Origin: Azolla caroliniana
Taxonomy: Eukaryota; Plantae; Polypodiophyta
Length of the DNA: 64,000 nucleotides
NCBI GenBank assembly: GCA_043228905.1
Contig: JBHGNT010000005.1
Span: 4,030,001-4,094,000 of the forward strand
Reading direction: 5' to 3'
The notes beneath the pieces are model-generated. The model worked only from the letters and a program-made list of their open reading frames with translations. It was not told the origin of the DNA and searched no databases. Both the position numbers and the translations under genes were made by a program. Positions 38,501-52,450 of the stretch are shown one piece after another. The stretch's first letter is position 1. Every line of letters begins with the position of its first letter.

Positions 38501-41500
38501 CAACCATCATCCTACATGATCTGATATTCTACTCACAGAAACCTTATCGATCTCTTCCTCCAGCATGTCCCATTGGCTATTAAACATGTGTGTTAACCCC
38601 CATCTTTCTGTAAGGGCCTTGCCTATCAATGATGTATGAAGTCATAAGATCTCTCCTTGGAACATGAATTCTGGAAAAGGTGTAGCACTATATTCTACAT
38701 CTTGGAGATTTAAAGAATTACTGACGTTTGTGTCTCTGATTAAATTTATAGACTTAACACATTGACTGTATTCCCACTATGAAAATACAATACCCAAACA
38801 CCTCCAAGACACAAGCATATTGCCATATCCATGGGTAAGGTATCAAATGACATCAATCTTTACTGCATGATCAATAACAAATGCCAGATTAAAAAATAAT
38901 TGCAGTTTCCAGATCTCATGGGAGAATCAATGACATGGTATGTTTCATAAAATCATCCAAATTATTATATAACAGAATAAAGCATCGAACTGAACGACTA
39001 AATACAACTGTGCATTCATTTGACATCTATCATTCTAATAATCAGTATCTTTAAAGCAAAAACAAATATTATATCAAGTTTCTTTTTATATCATTGTTCA
39101 TTATACCTTTAACTTACTTTTGAGGGACCTCCATCATGAAGTAGATTGCAAGCTCGCAAAGCATCTTCTTCAGACTTTATACTGAAATAAAGAAAGATAT
39201 AATAACATGATATCCTGTGAGACCTTACAAAGATTACAACACATATTAACTCCTCAAAGCAAATGGTTATAATCCCCCCTACAGAAAGGTCAAATTCGTT
39301 TTCCTCTTGAAGAAACAATTATAACTTCCTTTAAACACATCTGGCTCATCAGATCAGAACGTCATGTTATACAGAAGGCATGTGTCTCCATATACTAGAA
39401 TTGAATAATGGAACCTGCAATATTATCTTACCAGCTCCTGGAACCTGCTTGACGTCAGATTGTGTTCACTATAGTGTATTTTGTCTATGACATAGTCGTA
39501 TCCATAGATTGACATATTCGCATTCGTCAGGTTTCCCATTCGAATGCAAACGAATACGAATACGAATGGGTGGTCAAGTATTCGTTTAACTCAAAAAAAA
39601 ACTCTGTTTTTTTTAATTTCCTAAGATAAAAAAAAAGGAACTTGACAATAAATAGGGATAATAAAAGAGGGACTTGGGGATTTGACACTACTAAATTTTT
39701 ATAATAAATGTATAACTTATAAGTTATAAGTATTCGTTTTATTTTTAATAAATAAATAAAATAAAATTAAGGCTCATTAATTTCTCACTTTTTATTCCCT
39801 CAAAATTTATGCATATTTTTATTTTGACATTAAAAATAGTACTTCAAACCAATCATATCTTCAAAGTTCATACTAATCATATTTGTATAATAAATATAAA
39901 AATATTCGTTTTTTTTTAATTAATTTATTTATTTATTAATTAAAATAAGTTTCATAAACTCTCTTGACACTATAATTTATTCATGAATAATTGTTCTTTT
40001 TTTGGTGAAATAAATTTATTTAAATAAATAAATAAATATTTTATATTTATTTTGCAAAACAAATGGTTTTCTAATATTCTTGGGGCCATTTTGTATTCTC
40101 GAATATTGAGAATATTGCGCATGGAGAATATCACGCATGTGTCAATCTATGGTTGTATCCATATATCCAACAATTGCATCATAATGTTCCATTAGCTGTA
40201 TACATATAGCAACATCCAACCCAGGTTGCAAGGCCTAGGTAGTTCCCATAATCACTTTATACAAGTGGCAGATCTAAAAAATGTCTCCATAAGGCTCATG
40301 CACACTTAGGTGAAGATCTTCAAGATGCCCATCCAGTTATTGTTGGTCACAATTACTGAATACCTTTAATCCTTACATGTAATACCCCTTATCTTCTACA
40401 ATGACAGTTAAAATGACCCTGAACTAATTAAACCATTGACTTTAAATTCAAAAAGTTGCTCTATTTCAATGGAGAAAGCATGCACTTCAACATGTTATCC
40501 ATAATAAGTTGTTAAAACCACTGATATTTAAGAAAAAATGTTTTGCATGACCTGCGTCCTGTAAGCTTCTCAGCTTCAAACTGATTTGGAGTAATCATTG
40601 AAGCTAGACAAAGAACCTGTATGACAAACCAATGAAAAACATCATTTCTATAAAGCAAACCATAATCCTGGCTACTGTACCCGTGAACTGAATTACATGA
40701 TCTTACAACAAAAGACTAGAAAAGTGAAATTATAAAAAGATTTCTAAGGAGCCATTCCAGTACAGTGAAGAACAGACGTGTCCTTTGTATGCATGAAGAA
40801 CTTTAGGCTCTTTGTTTTAGTATCCCTATGGTTTGTAAAGTTTGAACTGAAGGTGTAAATAATCTCTACACTCTGGTCTACTGCCAACAGTCGTCTTCAA
40901 AGTATTCTGCTCTTTTGATCTATTGTGGTCATGCATTTGGACACCCAGAAAACAATATAATGATACTGATATAGTCTCCTCAAGCAGATGCATAAGGAGT
41001 CTCCATCCTATGAAATCAATGTATGATAAGATGACCATATCTGATGATATGGGATGTTGATTGGTTTTCATATTCATCTCTTATCCGAAGCTCAGGGTGG
41101 TTGCTATAAGTAAGCACTCTTAATCCATTATTTCTCTTAATCTGTTTACTAATCAATTATCATTATTACTCACTAGTAATAATTAACCATGTGCATATGA
41201 CCTGATGCTATCCTCTGAAAGTGGGAGATAAAGATAAAATGAGTGTCTACACCAGTAAATCACTGTTGATATGTGAGTGACTATGTGTGGGATCATTGTC
41301 TCTAACATAGTTCAGAGCAATATGTTCAATCTCCTTTACATGTTTTCTTAACAATATATGAATTGGATTATTATGTTTTCTTTACTTACATGTTCAATCT
41401 CCTTTACTTATATGCATGTATGTAAAAAGGTTAGTATCAATGGTCTACATACATACGTACAACAAGCATATGCATAGACTTAATTCTTTATAATTATTCT

Positions 41501-44500
41501 CATGTGCTTGGTTGAATCAGCATCAACCCTGATATTTCTACACCAGAAAGCAATATATCCTTTTAACAATTTAGGTAATGGCAATCATGTGGTTCATAGT
41601 ACTTGAAAGATAACATATAATTGAAACTTGGAAATATGGCTCGTTCCTTCATTCAAATAATCAATTATTCATACATGCCTTTTCAATATATAACGGAACA
41701 AGGCTTTCTGGAACATAGAAAATATCATCATCCCCTAGAACTGGATCACAGACTGCATAACAAAAAAAACTCCATTATTTAATGTTTGTCTGATTGCTGC
41801 AAAAAAAGTATTGCTCCAGTACAAAATGCATGAGATATGCAGCCTCTAAAGACAAAATAACAAGAGAATAAGAGAAATATGTTAAACAGCAATCTTGCTC
41901 ACATATTTCTGTTTGCAAATTGGGTGTGCAAATGGAATTATAAAGGCATGTGTGCAGCCATAACAGGTTAGTCAAATTATATGGCAAACCTTCAGAATTA
42001 CGAGATACAACCATCAATTGTCACAAGTTATGACATGAAAATGTGATATAATGGAGATCTAATCCTCACTTCACTAGTCCAAGTCAACCAAGTTTATCCA
42101 CTATATGACTTAGCATTTACAAAGTTCCCACTATAGATTCTTAATCATTTGTACCTTCAGCTAAATCTTTTTCAAGTTTGTAAGGTTAGGAAACATGGAT
42201 AATCGAATCAAAACAACGAAACAAAGACATCGTTGTGAGTTCAAACAACTATACTGAAATATAATACCTTAAACAGAGTGATAAGAACAAATCCACTTTG
42301 AACTTCATTCTGGAAAGAAGAATAGGCAACTTTAGGGGTGATGGAAGAATGGGACAAAGTAAATTCTAGAAACCTGCTAGGAAAGAGAAGCACATGAAAC
42401 TGTACTAAGGAACTTCCAGATGGTCTTGAAACTCTAAATGAACCACCAATTTTACTTAATTTCACCACTGGAGAAGTTTTATATTAATTGAAGAAGCATT
42501 CACTTACGATTCTCATTCATTATGAATTAATTTCACAAGCCCAATCTAGCATTTTCAACAAAGAATTTGACAACTTGCCCCGAAGCATGGTGCCCTCTTA
42601 TTTATATCTAACGAAGATAACACAAAAGCCTAGAAAATCAGCCCGCAGCTTAAGCCTACTTCAGGACTGAAACTTATATCTATAGAGCTTCCACAATAGC
42701 AGCTTAAGCCTATATCAGGATTGAAAATACTAAGAAAAAGAGTAAATTTCCTGCGAATCCCCGCAGATTCAAAAATAGGGCATAAACCCGAGAAAATCAA
42801 CTAGAAATTTAAGCCTATTTGAGCAACAAAACCAATAATGGAGATTCCAACATATTGCTGCGTTTTGTTTTTCTCTAGCCTGATTCTTTGCTCTCCAAAA
42901 TTAAATTTTGACTTTTTATCAAATGATAGGTTTGTCTGAATAACAAAAGTCTATTCCAAAACTAAATTTGAACTTTTCATCAAAACTAAGGTTTGTTTAA
43001 CTAAGGCAAGCCATTTTCATGTTGCTAAGTACTAACTTTTGACAGAAAATATATTGGTTCTCTCACAAATCCAGACTTATAGCTACGAAGTGATTTATAT
43101 AGAACCTCACTTAAAGTGACCACTGGTTCTCAACTATCTCACAATAGCCATACAATGTCATCTTGCCCAATTTATGTAAGTAAAAATAAAATAAAATAAA
43201 ATAACAGATATAAAGCAATTACTCAATAATGTAATAAAAGCCAACAAAATAACAAGTCCACGTGGCTTACCCTCTTGAAACAATGAAAGAACCTCAATTG
43301 ACTGCCTACAATACATTCTCACTGTTAACATCAAGTGATAATGTGTAACTCATACTATTTGTGTTATCGCACAATTAGTTTTCTCTAGTTTGAGCTGAAA
43401 TCACATACATGTGAACATTAGAGGACAATACTGTGGATGCCCTACATACATTTGTGCTTTCACATGTATATATCTTAAAAAGTTTACATTGTGCTCTTAA
43501 ATGAAGTTAAACATCAACCACTCTAGCATTGATTCTGTACAGAAAACCCTCAACAAATGACCCCTCTCTTGAGCACCAAGCTATGCTCTAGTAGCTAGCT
43601 TGATTAAGCTTAATTAATTCATGATGGGTTCTAATTGAAACACCTCCAGTCTTCTAATTGAATAGTTCTTCAACTTCACCAGGTAACATCTAGTGCTTCT
43701 CCTCTTCAGTTTTCTTTCTTTATGTGCCACATATGTTCGGGAATTTCTTTGACTTCAAGCATCGTGATATGAAGAAATGGTTTGGAAAATGGGATGCATC
43801 AATAGATTCCTCAGGGAATGTAGTTTGTTGCGATGCCAACATATCATGTTCTGAAAAGATATGGAGATTAATGTTTCACAAATTTATTACATATATTGCA
43901 CCAAACTACAAAACAATCTTCATCTCTGGATAACAAAATCGAACTTGCAGATACGTGTTAGACCCCATCCCTTTGTCTGCCATTGCACCATCACTTCCAT
44001 ACAACTTAGCTTACCTTCTTCTCAACATACCTTACCTTCCATACAAGTAAAGAGACTCATCAACTGTGCATATTTTGCTTTAAACATGTTCGGGAGTCAA
44101 AGTATCACAGTTTCATAATGGGCTGCATTTGACCACATTCGAATTTGCTTTCCACCCTTTGTTAATCCAGTCTACTCCCTACACATATTTGTCTAGCCAT
44201 CTCAATGTGCCCTCTTGATTCTAATATTTATAAGTAAAATTCTTGGACATCGAGCGTCAGTACTCTATGCCACAGTTACTACGCAAACGCGATTCACTTT
44301 TGGTCCCACAGATCATATTTGACCTTAAAGGATGAAAATTAAATCTATTTAGTCTCTCTCGTATTTTACATACACACCCCTATACTTGGTTTTTCCGGAC
44401 TCACTACCTCCTTTCACTGTTTTGTATAGTTAGAACCATTTACTATTTCTGTAGAGGATATTCTTCAATTGCATTAATGCATGCATCAGGAGGCCTTTAA

Positions 44501-47500
44501 AACATGTTTACACATATTTAAATCATATACATAATGCTAAAATGACGATAACTTCACTTCTTTTTTTCTCAAGGATAATCATCTTAAGATAATGCTAACG
44601 GCACTTTGCACAATTCATAATTTACCCAAGCATAATACTATCACTCAAAAGGGGTCAACATATTCCAATTAACAAATGTCAAAATATTCTTGTTTTTTGT
44701 ACTGAATATTCCTCTTAACACACATCAAATTTTGTATATTATTGGCAGTATATATACACGTGTCATACACATAAAACAAAGAAAAGGATTGAAAAATACC
44801 ATATATCAAATCAGGGTTCACAGATCGCAGTTTCTGCACCACCCGAAGAATACATTCTAAAAATGATGCTGAGCCAATGTATCCTGTTATAGTAGCACAC
44901 AAAATAATAATAAGGTTAACAATCTAATCTATGGACAAGCGCAAATTACCTCTTGTCAATCAATTCCTGAGATGTCAAACCTGTCAAAAGATGAGTATAG
45001 AATAAAAGGTTATTTGCCTCCAATCCTTCTATCAAGTTCCAAAGTTCATCTCCATTTAGTATCTGACCACGCCACACTGGATAACCTGTACAACTGCCAT
45101 GCTAAAATCATATCCTTTATTACATTTCATATTTACCATAAATTGACCTTTGACGAGAATAATCATCAAAAAGATCTAGAATTTCAAAAAGCAGCTTTAG
45201 TTCATACAGTGACAGAGTTTGAGTTTCCAAAGGCTACAATACTTTCCAATTATATTGACCGCAGGGATGGCCCTTGCATCTAATCAAATACCCCAGGGCC
45301 CAAATACAACCGGCAGTATGCTTTCCTAATCCTAGGATCTAGAATGCCTCCAATGCTCATGACATGTATCGGTTATTGTTCTATGGATCATAGCAAACAC
45401 CTACTTTTCAGTCTTTGCATACCTTCACATAAATTATCCCTTCCGCATTGAGAGCTTAAAAGTCCTTCAACAAAGTTTAAGTAATTTGCAGAACAGTTCT
45501 ATCTAGTCGTTATGCTATTCTGGCTGACCACAAACTTTTCCTAGTAATGTTTTAATCACAGATAGACAATACTTGAATATGGATCATATTAGTCACACGT
45601 ACCACCCATTATCATAGTCACATGGAATGCACTTGAGGGATGGGAAATGGGGACACAAACAAAATGTGCAGTCCTTGGTATGCACATAACACAAACCTTA
45701 GTTATAATTAATAAACCACTTAAATGAGACAAAGTGGTAGCCTTTAGATAAAATAGCATTGCATACCTGTGTGATTGGAAAACTGAACAGAATTTATAGG
45801 ATCCACATCAAAACCAAGAAGCTGCAACGGAAATACCGCAGCTTTATTTCCCACATAGCCCTGCACATCAATGCATTCTCTCTCTCTCTCTCTCTCTCTT
45901 CCTTTTTATGGTCTTATAGGCCATTTTGGCCTCTTCAAAGACGTTAATCTCTGTCTCTATCTCTATCCATCTCTCTCCCTCTCAGGTGAAATCACACAAT
46001 TATTAATAAATGTGTGAAAAACACTACAATGGTACCAGAACTTAGTGGTATCACTGCTACATGGGTAGTGGGACATGCTGCATTGCTAACAGGCAAGTCA
46101 AACACTCCACCAAGGAAAGAATTTTGACTTGCTCCAATAAACAAAACTGCCACATCAGTACTAACAGAAAAAACCTTGAGAAGGAACTAGTGCTCTTAAG
46201 AGGAACACAACTGAAGCTTTTCATAGCTTTTCTGTTCCTCCATCTCGTCAACAGGAGAAGGTCTTGCCATGACTCCTTCCCTCGTCTGTTTTTATCTTAT
46301 TTACTTTAATATTTACTGAGTAATACTTATTTTATTTTGATTTGTTGTTCTCAAAGACGAGAGAACCCTTAAGATGTAATCTCTTGTTTGGTCTTATCGG
46401 CCATTTTGGTCCCTTAAAAGACGTTAATATCTCTCTCTGGCTGTTGGCATTTACACAACAACATCAAAGTTGTAAAATTGAGGGAACTCAAGTTCAATCC
46501 TCACCATCGACTAGGCCCCGTCTCATTGCAGAAAAATCAATTATTATTTCCAGCCATTGCTATGAGTTCAAGCGAAAGGGTACTCTAATCATGAGAGGTC
46601 ATAACATGTGCACCCACATAGGAAGTTAGCACGCTTAAAATCTGTAAAAAATTCAAAATATGACGCGCTTAAAATCGGTAATAGGTTCAAAATATGACTC
46701 TTCTTGGAAGAACTTCTGGAAACAGTCAGCTTTAGAACTCTGATATTAACATGTGAATGTATTTCTAGTGAGAAATAAAATTACGTGCAAGAAAAGAAGA
46801 AAAAGAAGAAATACATATCATAAGGCCTGGCAAAATTTACAACTATTTACAGTAACTCATCAAGCTGAGTAAAGAAGAAAACCTTGTAGTTTAGTCCGTC
46901 AGGTTGTCCAAAGGAGAACAGAAGTTAGTACATTCTAACTATAAATTCCAGTGTAATCTAGTGAAATAGTGCAATAAGTGAGATTTGAACCTTGCTGCAT
47001 TGTCGTTTACTAAAAATATGATCTGTCACAAAACATATTCCATAGGGATATGGAGGCGTTAGAAATTGTATGAAGATTCATATAAGCTAAATGGAGAATA
47101 CTTTGTCTTCCTAATATTGCCTTTGTATATTATCTTCATCCATGACTGCATTGCAGTTCAAATGTACATTTGATCATTTTGTTAATATTTGTACACTGCA
47201 TTTAACTTGTGAAGAAGTCAATATCTTTTTGAAATTGTATGTATCTGTATGAGAGAGAAAGTTTATGTTAAACATCTGCTTTCACATGTTTCAACCTGCT
47301 AGCATGGAAACCTCATAGCAAAAGCATGCAGCTTTTTCAGCAAATTTTGTGGAGCCTTTATATTAGACAATCATCCTTGCATCGAAACTATTCATAACAG
47401 CAGTAAATTTAAGTTTAAAACATTTTAACACTTAACACAGATCTACCGTTAACATGATCCATGAATGCATTGTGGTTCAGAATCCCTATCCATCAGATTT

Positions 47501-49107
47501 TGTTTGAGGCTTGGATCTTCCATTTTTAAACTCCGAGTTTATTTTGCATGCATGTGCGCGATCAACAGGGAACATGTTCAACTGAACCTTTCTTATCTTA
47601 TGTGCAAGCATGGAAAAGTTGTAGCAAAAATTCCTCTTAGCAATCTTCCATGAAAGTCGAAACAAAAGGTTCAAAGAACTGCAGTTGATCTAAGTTACAT
47701 ATATGGAAAAATTTATAGAATTAGGTTTAACAATCTTCCTTTAAACATGACATTTCCGGAACAACTGTAATAAAATTTGAGTAGATTAACTATATTTGCT
47801 AGCTCTCCAAAAACTGATACTCATTCAGGACAGCGTTGAATATTCAAAAGTTTGTTCTTTTCTTTCCACGCTTCAGAGACCTCTTCATTCTGGATCGACC
47901 TCTGCTAGAGATCTTTTGAAGACAAAAATTACAAAATATCTGACTTAAGAATCTTAGCTGTGCCAATATCAATATTCTTTGGTCTCCTTTTTATCTTATT
48001 TTGATTTGTTGTTCTCAAAGACAAGACAACAGTTAAGATGTAATCTCTTGTTTAGTTTTATAGGCCATTTTGGCCTCTTAAAAGACATTAACATTTCTTT
48101 CCTGATTCTCAAAGTCATGGAAGTAGACAATTTTAGTTTACATAACCTTCCTTGCAACAAAATGTCTCAAGAACTACAGTAGAAGTTGAGTGAAATCCAT
48201 TGAAAGATTCTAGCAAAGTTTAATTTCAACAATCAACTTTGCAGCAAAATGGTTTGAGGAGGGTAGTGTAATTAAATAAATTTCTCTGATTGGCTTAGAG
48301 AGGCACTTAATAGATCATGCTATTTCTGCTAAAACTAGTAAAAAAGTCCAGAATAAGTTGTGCATATAAAGGATTCTTCTTCTTTCCCTAATTATCTGAA
48401 CTATATAATGATATCATATGTTAAATCAAATCTGAAACAAATCCAACAACACAAGAAAGAAATTGCAAAAGTTAATCGTTAGCTAATTGTGCTAAAACTG
48501 GTAAACAGGTCCCCAAAAACCATGCATTTAGCTAAAGGCATTTTCTTCCAATCCTAATTCTCTGAGCCAAACAAAAAAGAAAACCTAGCTAGTTCTGATA
48601 AAACTGATAAACAAATCCTCAAACACCTTACATAGAGAAAAAAACATACTTTCCTGTCTTTTATTCTGTAAGTCTAAAAAGAAGCTAACTTAATTAACTC
48701 TGTTAAAACTAGTAGCAGATCTACGGACACATTGCATATAGAGCAAACTTTTTCTCATGGAAGCTAATCTAGACAGTAAAATTGTGTGTGCTAGTTGTGT
48801 TAACATTGCTATAAAATCTACAAACAGCTGGCACATAGAAATACAAAGATTCTTCTTCTTTCCATTCCTAGTTCTCTACGTCGACATGGAAGCTAACCTA
48901 ATTTTTAGTGTGAGATTGTCCGCTAAAACTATCGAAACTGGTACTAAATCCAGCAGACGCATTCCTAATAAAAGCTATGAAAAAATTTCATTTTATTTCT
49001 TCCTGATTCTCTGAGCAGACATGAAAGCTAACCTGGACAGTATGAGATTGTATACTCAGAACACGACCTTGACCGAGCTTTGGAATAGTTGAGAGAGGAG
49101 GTGCCAT
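35523..49107 (-). CDS. SOS4: Pyridoxal kinase (PdxK/SOS4); exons 49107-49033, 45860-45767, 45085-44981, 44883-44800, 41752-41679, 40616-40552, 39181-39118, 38271-38206, 37092-37036, 36755-36711, 36625-36572, 35663-35523
   Basis: Spliced translation [44 protein letters not shown]...LLTGYIGS...VCDPVLGD...[12 protein letters not shown]...[15 protein letters not shown]...LELRLVQ. Confidence 0.96.
39503..40151. mobile_element. hAT-type MITE in a pyridoxal kinase intron
   Basis: 12-bp TIR CATAGATTGACA / TGTCAATCTATG; 8-bp TSD GTCGTATC (39495-39502) vs GTTGTATC (40152-40159); TATTCG/CGAATA subterminal motifs. Confidence 0.85.
46325..46437 (+). repeat. Short dispersed repeat; related copies at ~47990-48100, 14818-14875 and 45909-45950
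   Basis: Shared TAAGATGTAATCTC.TGTTTGGTCTTAT.GGCCATTTTGGCCTCTTAAAAGACGTTAAT consensus. Confidence 0.8.
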
Positions 49108-49217
49108 AGTGGGCTTGATCACAAGATTGTTGATTCTTGAAAAGTTGCAGCAGGAGCTTACTGGCTACAAATGCACACAGAAAGAAAATGAAGATGATGA
49201 TTACAATGAAGAAGTAA

Positions 49218-49249
<32 letters not shown>

Positions 49250-49439
49250 AAATGATGAAACGACAATGAGGAAAGATTAAAGTAGACTTGAGACGATATG
49301 GTGAAAAATATAAAGACTGTGCAGAAGAAGATGGAGAGACAGAGAAACAAATCTATGTAATTTAGATGAAGGAGATAGAGAAGAGATCGAAAACGAGGGC
49401 GATGGCGAGAGGGGAAGAGACGATCAAGAAGAAGAAGAA

Positions 49440-49472
<33 letters not shown>

Positions 49473-50139
49473 TCAGAAATGGATGTTAATACATAATTTC
49501 AGGAGGACGAAAATGAGAATGAGAGGGATGAAGAACAGATGATGATCTTCATTTACCGCTCTGCGGGTGAGTGTAGAGTAGACACAGAAGAAGTCGCATT
49601 CGCAGAGACAGACAGAAGCAGAAGAAGAAGAAGACGCACAGACGGACAACAGTCTTTTGTGAACAAGACAAGAAGGAGCCATGCGAGCGAAGTGAATTTT
49701 CCTTTATGTATTTTGTTTTTTTCTTTTTGGTTTGGGGGGGGGGGGGGGGGGGGGTGGCCATTGGCCATAATATTTATTCATTCCTTCGGCTTCCTTTGGC
49801 CGGCCTCGTTCACCGGGCGGGCGGGGTAAACATAAAAAACAAGAAGGCCACACAGGCATGAACCATAAGTAAAGCAGCTGGCATAGAAACCCTAACTAAA
49901 CCCTATGAAAGAACAAAAACCACCCTTGTTGGCTTGCCAGAGCGAGTCGTACCCACGGCCCTCCCTACAGGATCGGTTGGCTTCTTTCGTCCATCCGTCC
50001 ATTTGTCATCCTCTAGGACCAACCAAATTTGGTCGACAATGATGGGCGGCCATCAGATGTCCTGCCAATCGATCGACCAAACAAGTGAGATAGAAAGAAG
50101 AAGGATATATTAACGTCTTCTACTACCAAATTCGGCCCC

Positions 50140-50922
50140 TGTTGAGACAAATGAATATATACAATAACAGGATATGTACCGAATTGTCGTAAATAAAAAT
50201 AAACGTGACTTAAAAGGCCCGTTGATAGTAGTTGAACGGGAAAAGGGAACATAAATAAAAATGAGTTATAAGATGGTACAAAAAGTGTGATGGGATGTAG
50301 TAATGTTCTATAAAGGAATGGTTATGTGATGAGACTAGTTACATTTCCATCCAAGTCTCTCAAAAAGGAGAAGGGGGTTGAAAGGTTTAGATGTGGGTGT
50401 GGCCCGTGGTCACGATGTAAATGGTATCCCAACCACAATTTCTAGATAGAGTAACTTGCATTCCCGTATCTTCTTAATTTTTATTGCACAGCAACAAGTG
50501 ACTTTGAAGCTCGGTATTGAGGGCATTTGATTGCTCTCTGATTTTCTACTTCAAAGATCGAGAAGTCGAGTGCACATGTGTGTTCACGTTCATCGTCCCC
50601 TCCTATCCTTGAATGGTTATTAGAATGGTTATGGTTACCATTTTGTAGCTTCCTCTCTCTGTGTTGTTTCCTCCTTAATAAGATATACCTACCTAGTGTC
50701 TATATTTCCGAGGTATCCAATAATTGGGAGAGGGTCCAAGTATGTCTTGATATTTTTTTCTTATCTCAACGTAAGTTGGACATTTGCATGTAAAATGGTA
50801 CTCATCATCTATCTCCACGTGACACAATCAACATATCCTTTCCTTTCCTCTTTGGAAACTTCGATGGCACAACCAATGTCAATGTCAAGGTAGTGGATGA
50901 TACTCTAAGTTGTCCAATAACA
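50140..50922 (-). mobile_element. Candidate old solo LTR upstream of pyridoxal kinase
   Basis: Ends TGTTG...TAACA; flanks GCCCC / ACCCT (3 of 5 match, both differences transitions); orientation tentative. Confidence 0.4.
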
Positions 50923-51559
50923 ACCCTTAGTAGTGCATGTGATAAGAACATATCTAAATATTTTGATTGTATAATAAACCCCAAATCATAGAAATACATG
51001 AAATGTTTTTAATAATAAAACATTTTAGATGGGAGTGATTATGATGGGTTGATCCATCTATGGCAAGTACAAATTTGTCACATTTCTTGACATGTCACTT
51101 TATTACGAGTTTTATATGTATCTTGGTCAGACCTAAGAGGAAATAGGTTATTAACGTTTAAGTCGTTTTCTAAAAAGTTGAATTCACTGCACTATTATAC
51201 CAAGACCTAATATTCCCAGACTCATAAAGTGATCGAGATGCCTAAAAAGTTTGTTGAGATCATCTATGTATCGTGTGATCAACCATGCATCCTGTTAATA
51301 AAAACTACTAGTTTAAGAAGCTCTTCTACTACCATAAGTATTAAGGGGAAAAGTGAACTAGACTACTCTAATGATTTCATGTGGCATTGTTAGTTTGCTT
51401 TTGATTTGTTGTGATATCGGCGTGACCATTGGTCTCTCTAATTGTGCCTACGTGAAAGGTGGTAGTCTTGGAGATTGAACCACCCGTTGAAGGGGGCACT
51501 AATGAGTTGAAAAACCACCCCAATGTTTCTGGCTCTTGGAAGTATTCCTAGTGTCATTG

Positions 51560-52450
51560 TCTCTCTAAGAGTGAGAGGGACGCATATCATGTTGCCAATC
51601 TATCTCTTTGCTACCGGTGTGATTGAAAATTTACATGAGTGAGCACTAAAAGTGACTTCAAGATATCATATGGTCTGACTACCTCAACTTGTCTATTAGG
51701 GAGCATTAGGTTACATTTAGTCCCAACCTAAGCAATGGTGTGGAGGATAAGGACTTCATTTTTCCCTATATTCATTACCAATCCTCTTTGTGTGCAAAAG
51801 TAATCTAAGGTATTCAGGTTCACTTGTAAGGTGTGGTCAAACTTAGAGAGTAAAACTACATTGTATGAATCAAGCGAGATATTGACTTTTGTACCCCCGA
51901 GGTCTACTCCGATGCCTCCTTTACAAGCAATAAAATTAGCAATGTCATCAATGTATCCCAAAAAGAGTCGGTGAAAGGGGACAACCTTGTCGTTACAACA
52001 ATGGTGCTAGTAAAGAAATTAAATAGGTCGTCTGAACATCGTATGTGCTCGGAGACATGCTCATATAAGGCATAGACGGGCCAAATCATGTCATTTGGTA
52101 TTTCTAAGCTTTTAAGTCTATCAAACAACCGATCTCTAGGGACTATGTCAAAGGCATTGTGAAAGTCCACAAACAACAATATAATTTTTATTTGTGAGAG
52201 TTGGTTTGGTCAATTCAACATCTAAGTGTGAAGATATGAAGAACACTAGAAAAGGGTCATCTAAAGTCAACTCGTTTGGGTTCTCAAAGACTTAATGTCT
52301 CGATATGATGATCGAGCTTTGCTTCCTCACTGCCCCATATATTTTAGTGAGCATATGGCCAATCATAATAATCCTATATGTATTCGGGTCCATGGGGTCC
52401 CCTCCTTTATATATAGGGGCCACTATGTTCATGATCCATTGTGGTGGATC
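51560..52450 (-). mobile_element. Degenerate LINE reverse transcriptase fragment (RTE/RTEX-like)
   Basis: FVDFHNAFDIVPRDRL, decayed GCPLSPTLF, YIDD..., LDYFCTQRGLVMNIGKNEVL across frameshifted ORFs 51728-52179. Confidence 0.85.

Noticed and set aside
43500-44500. Possible gag/protease relic in a pyridoxal kinase intron
   Set aside because: Only vague motif remnants; insufficient support
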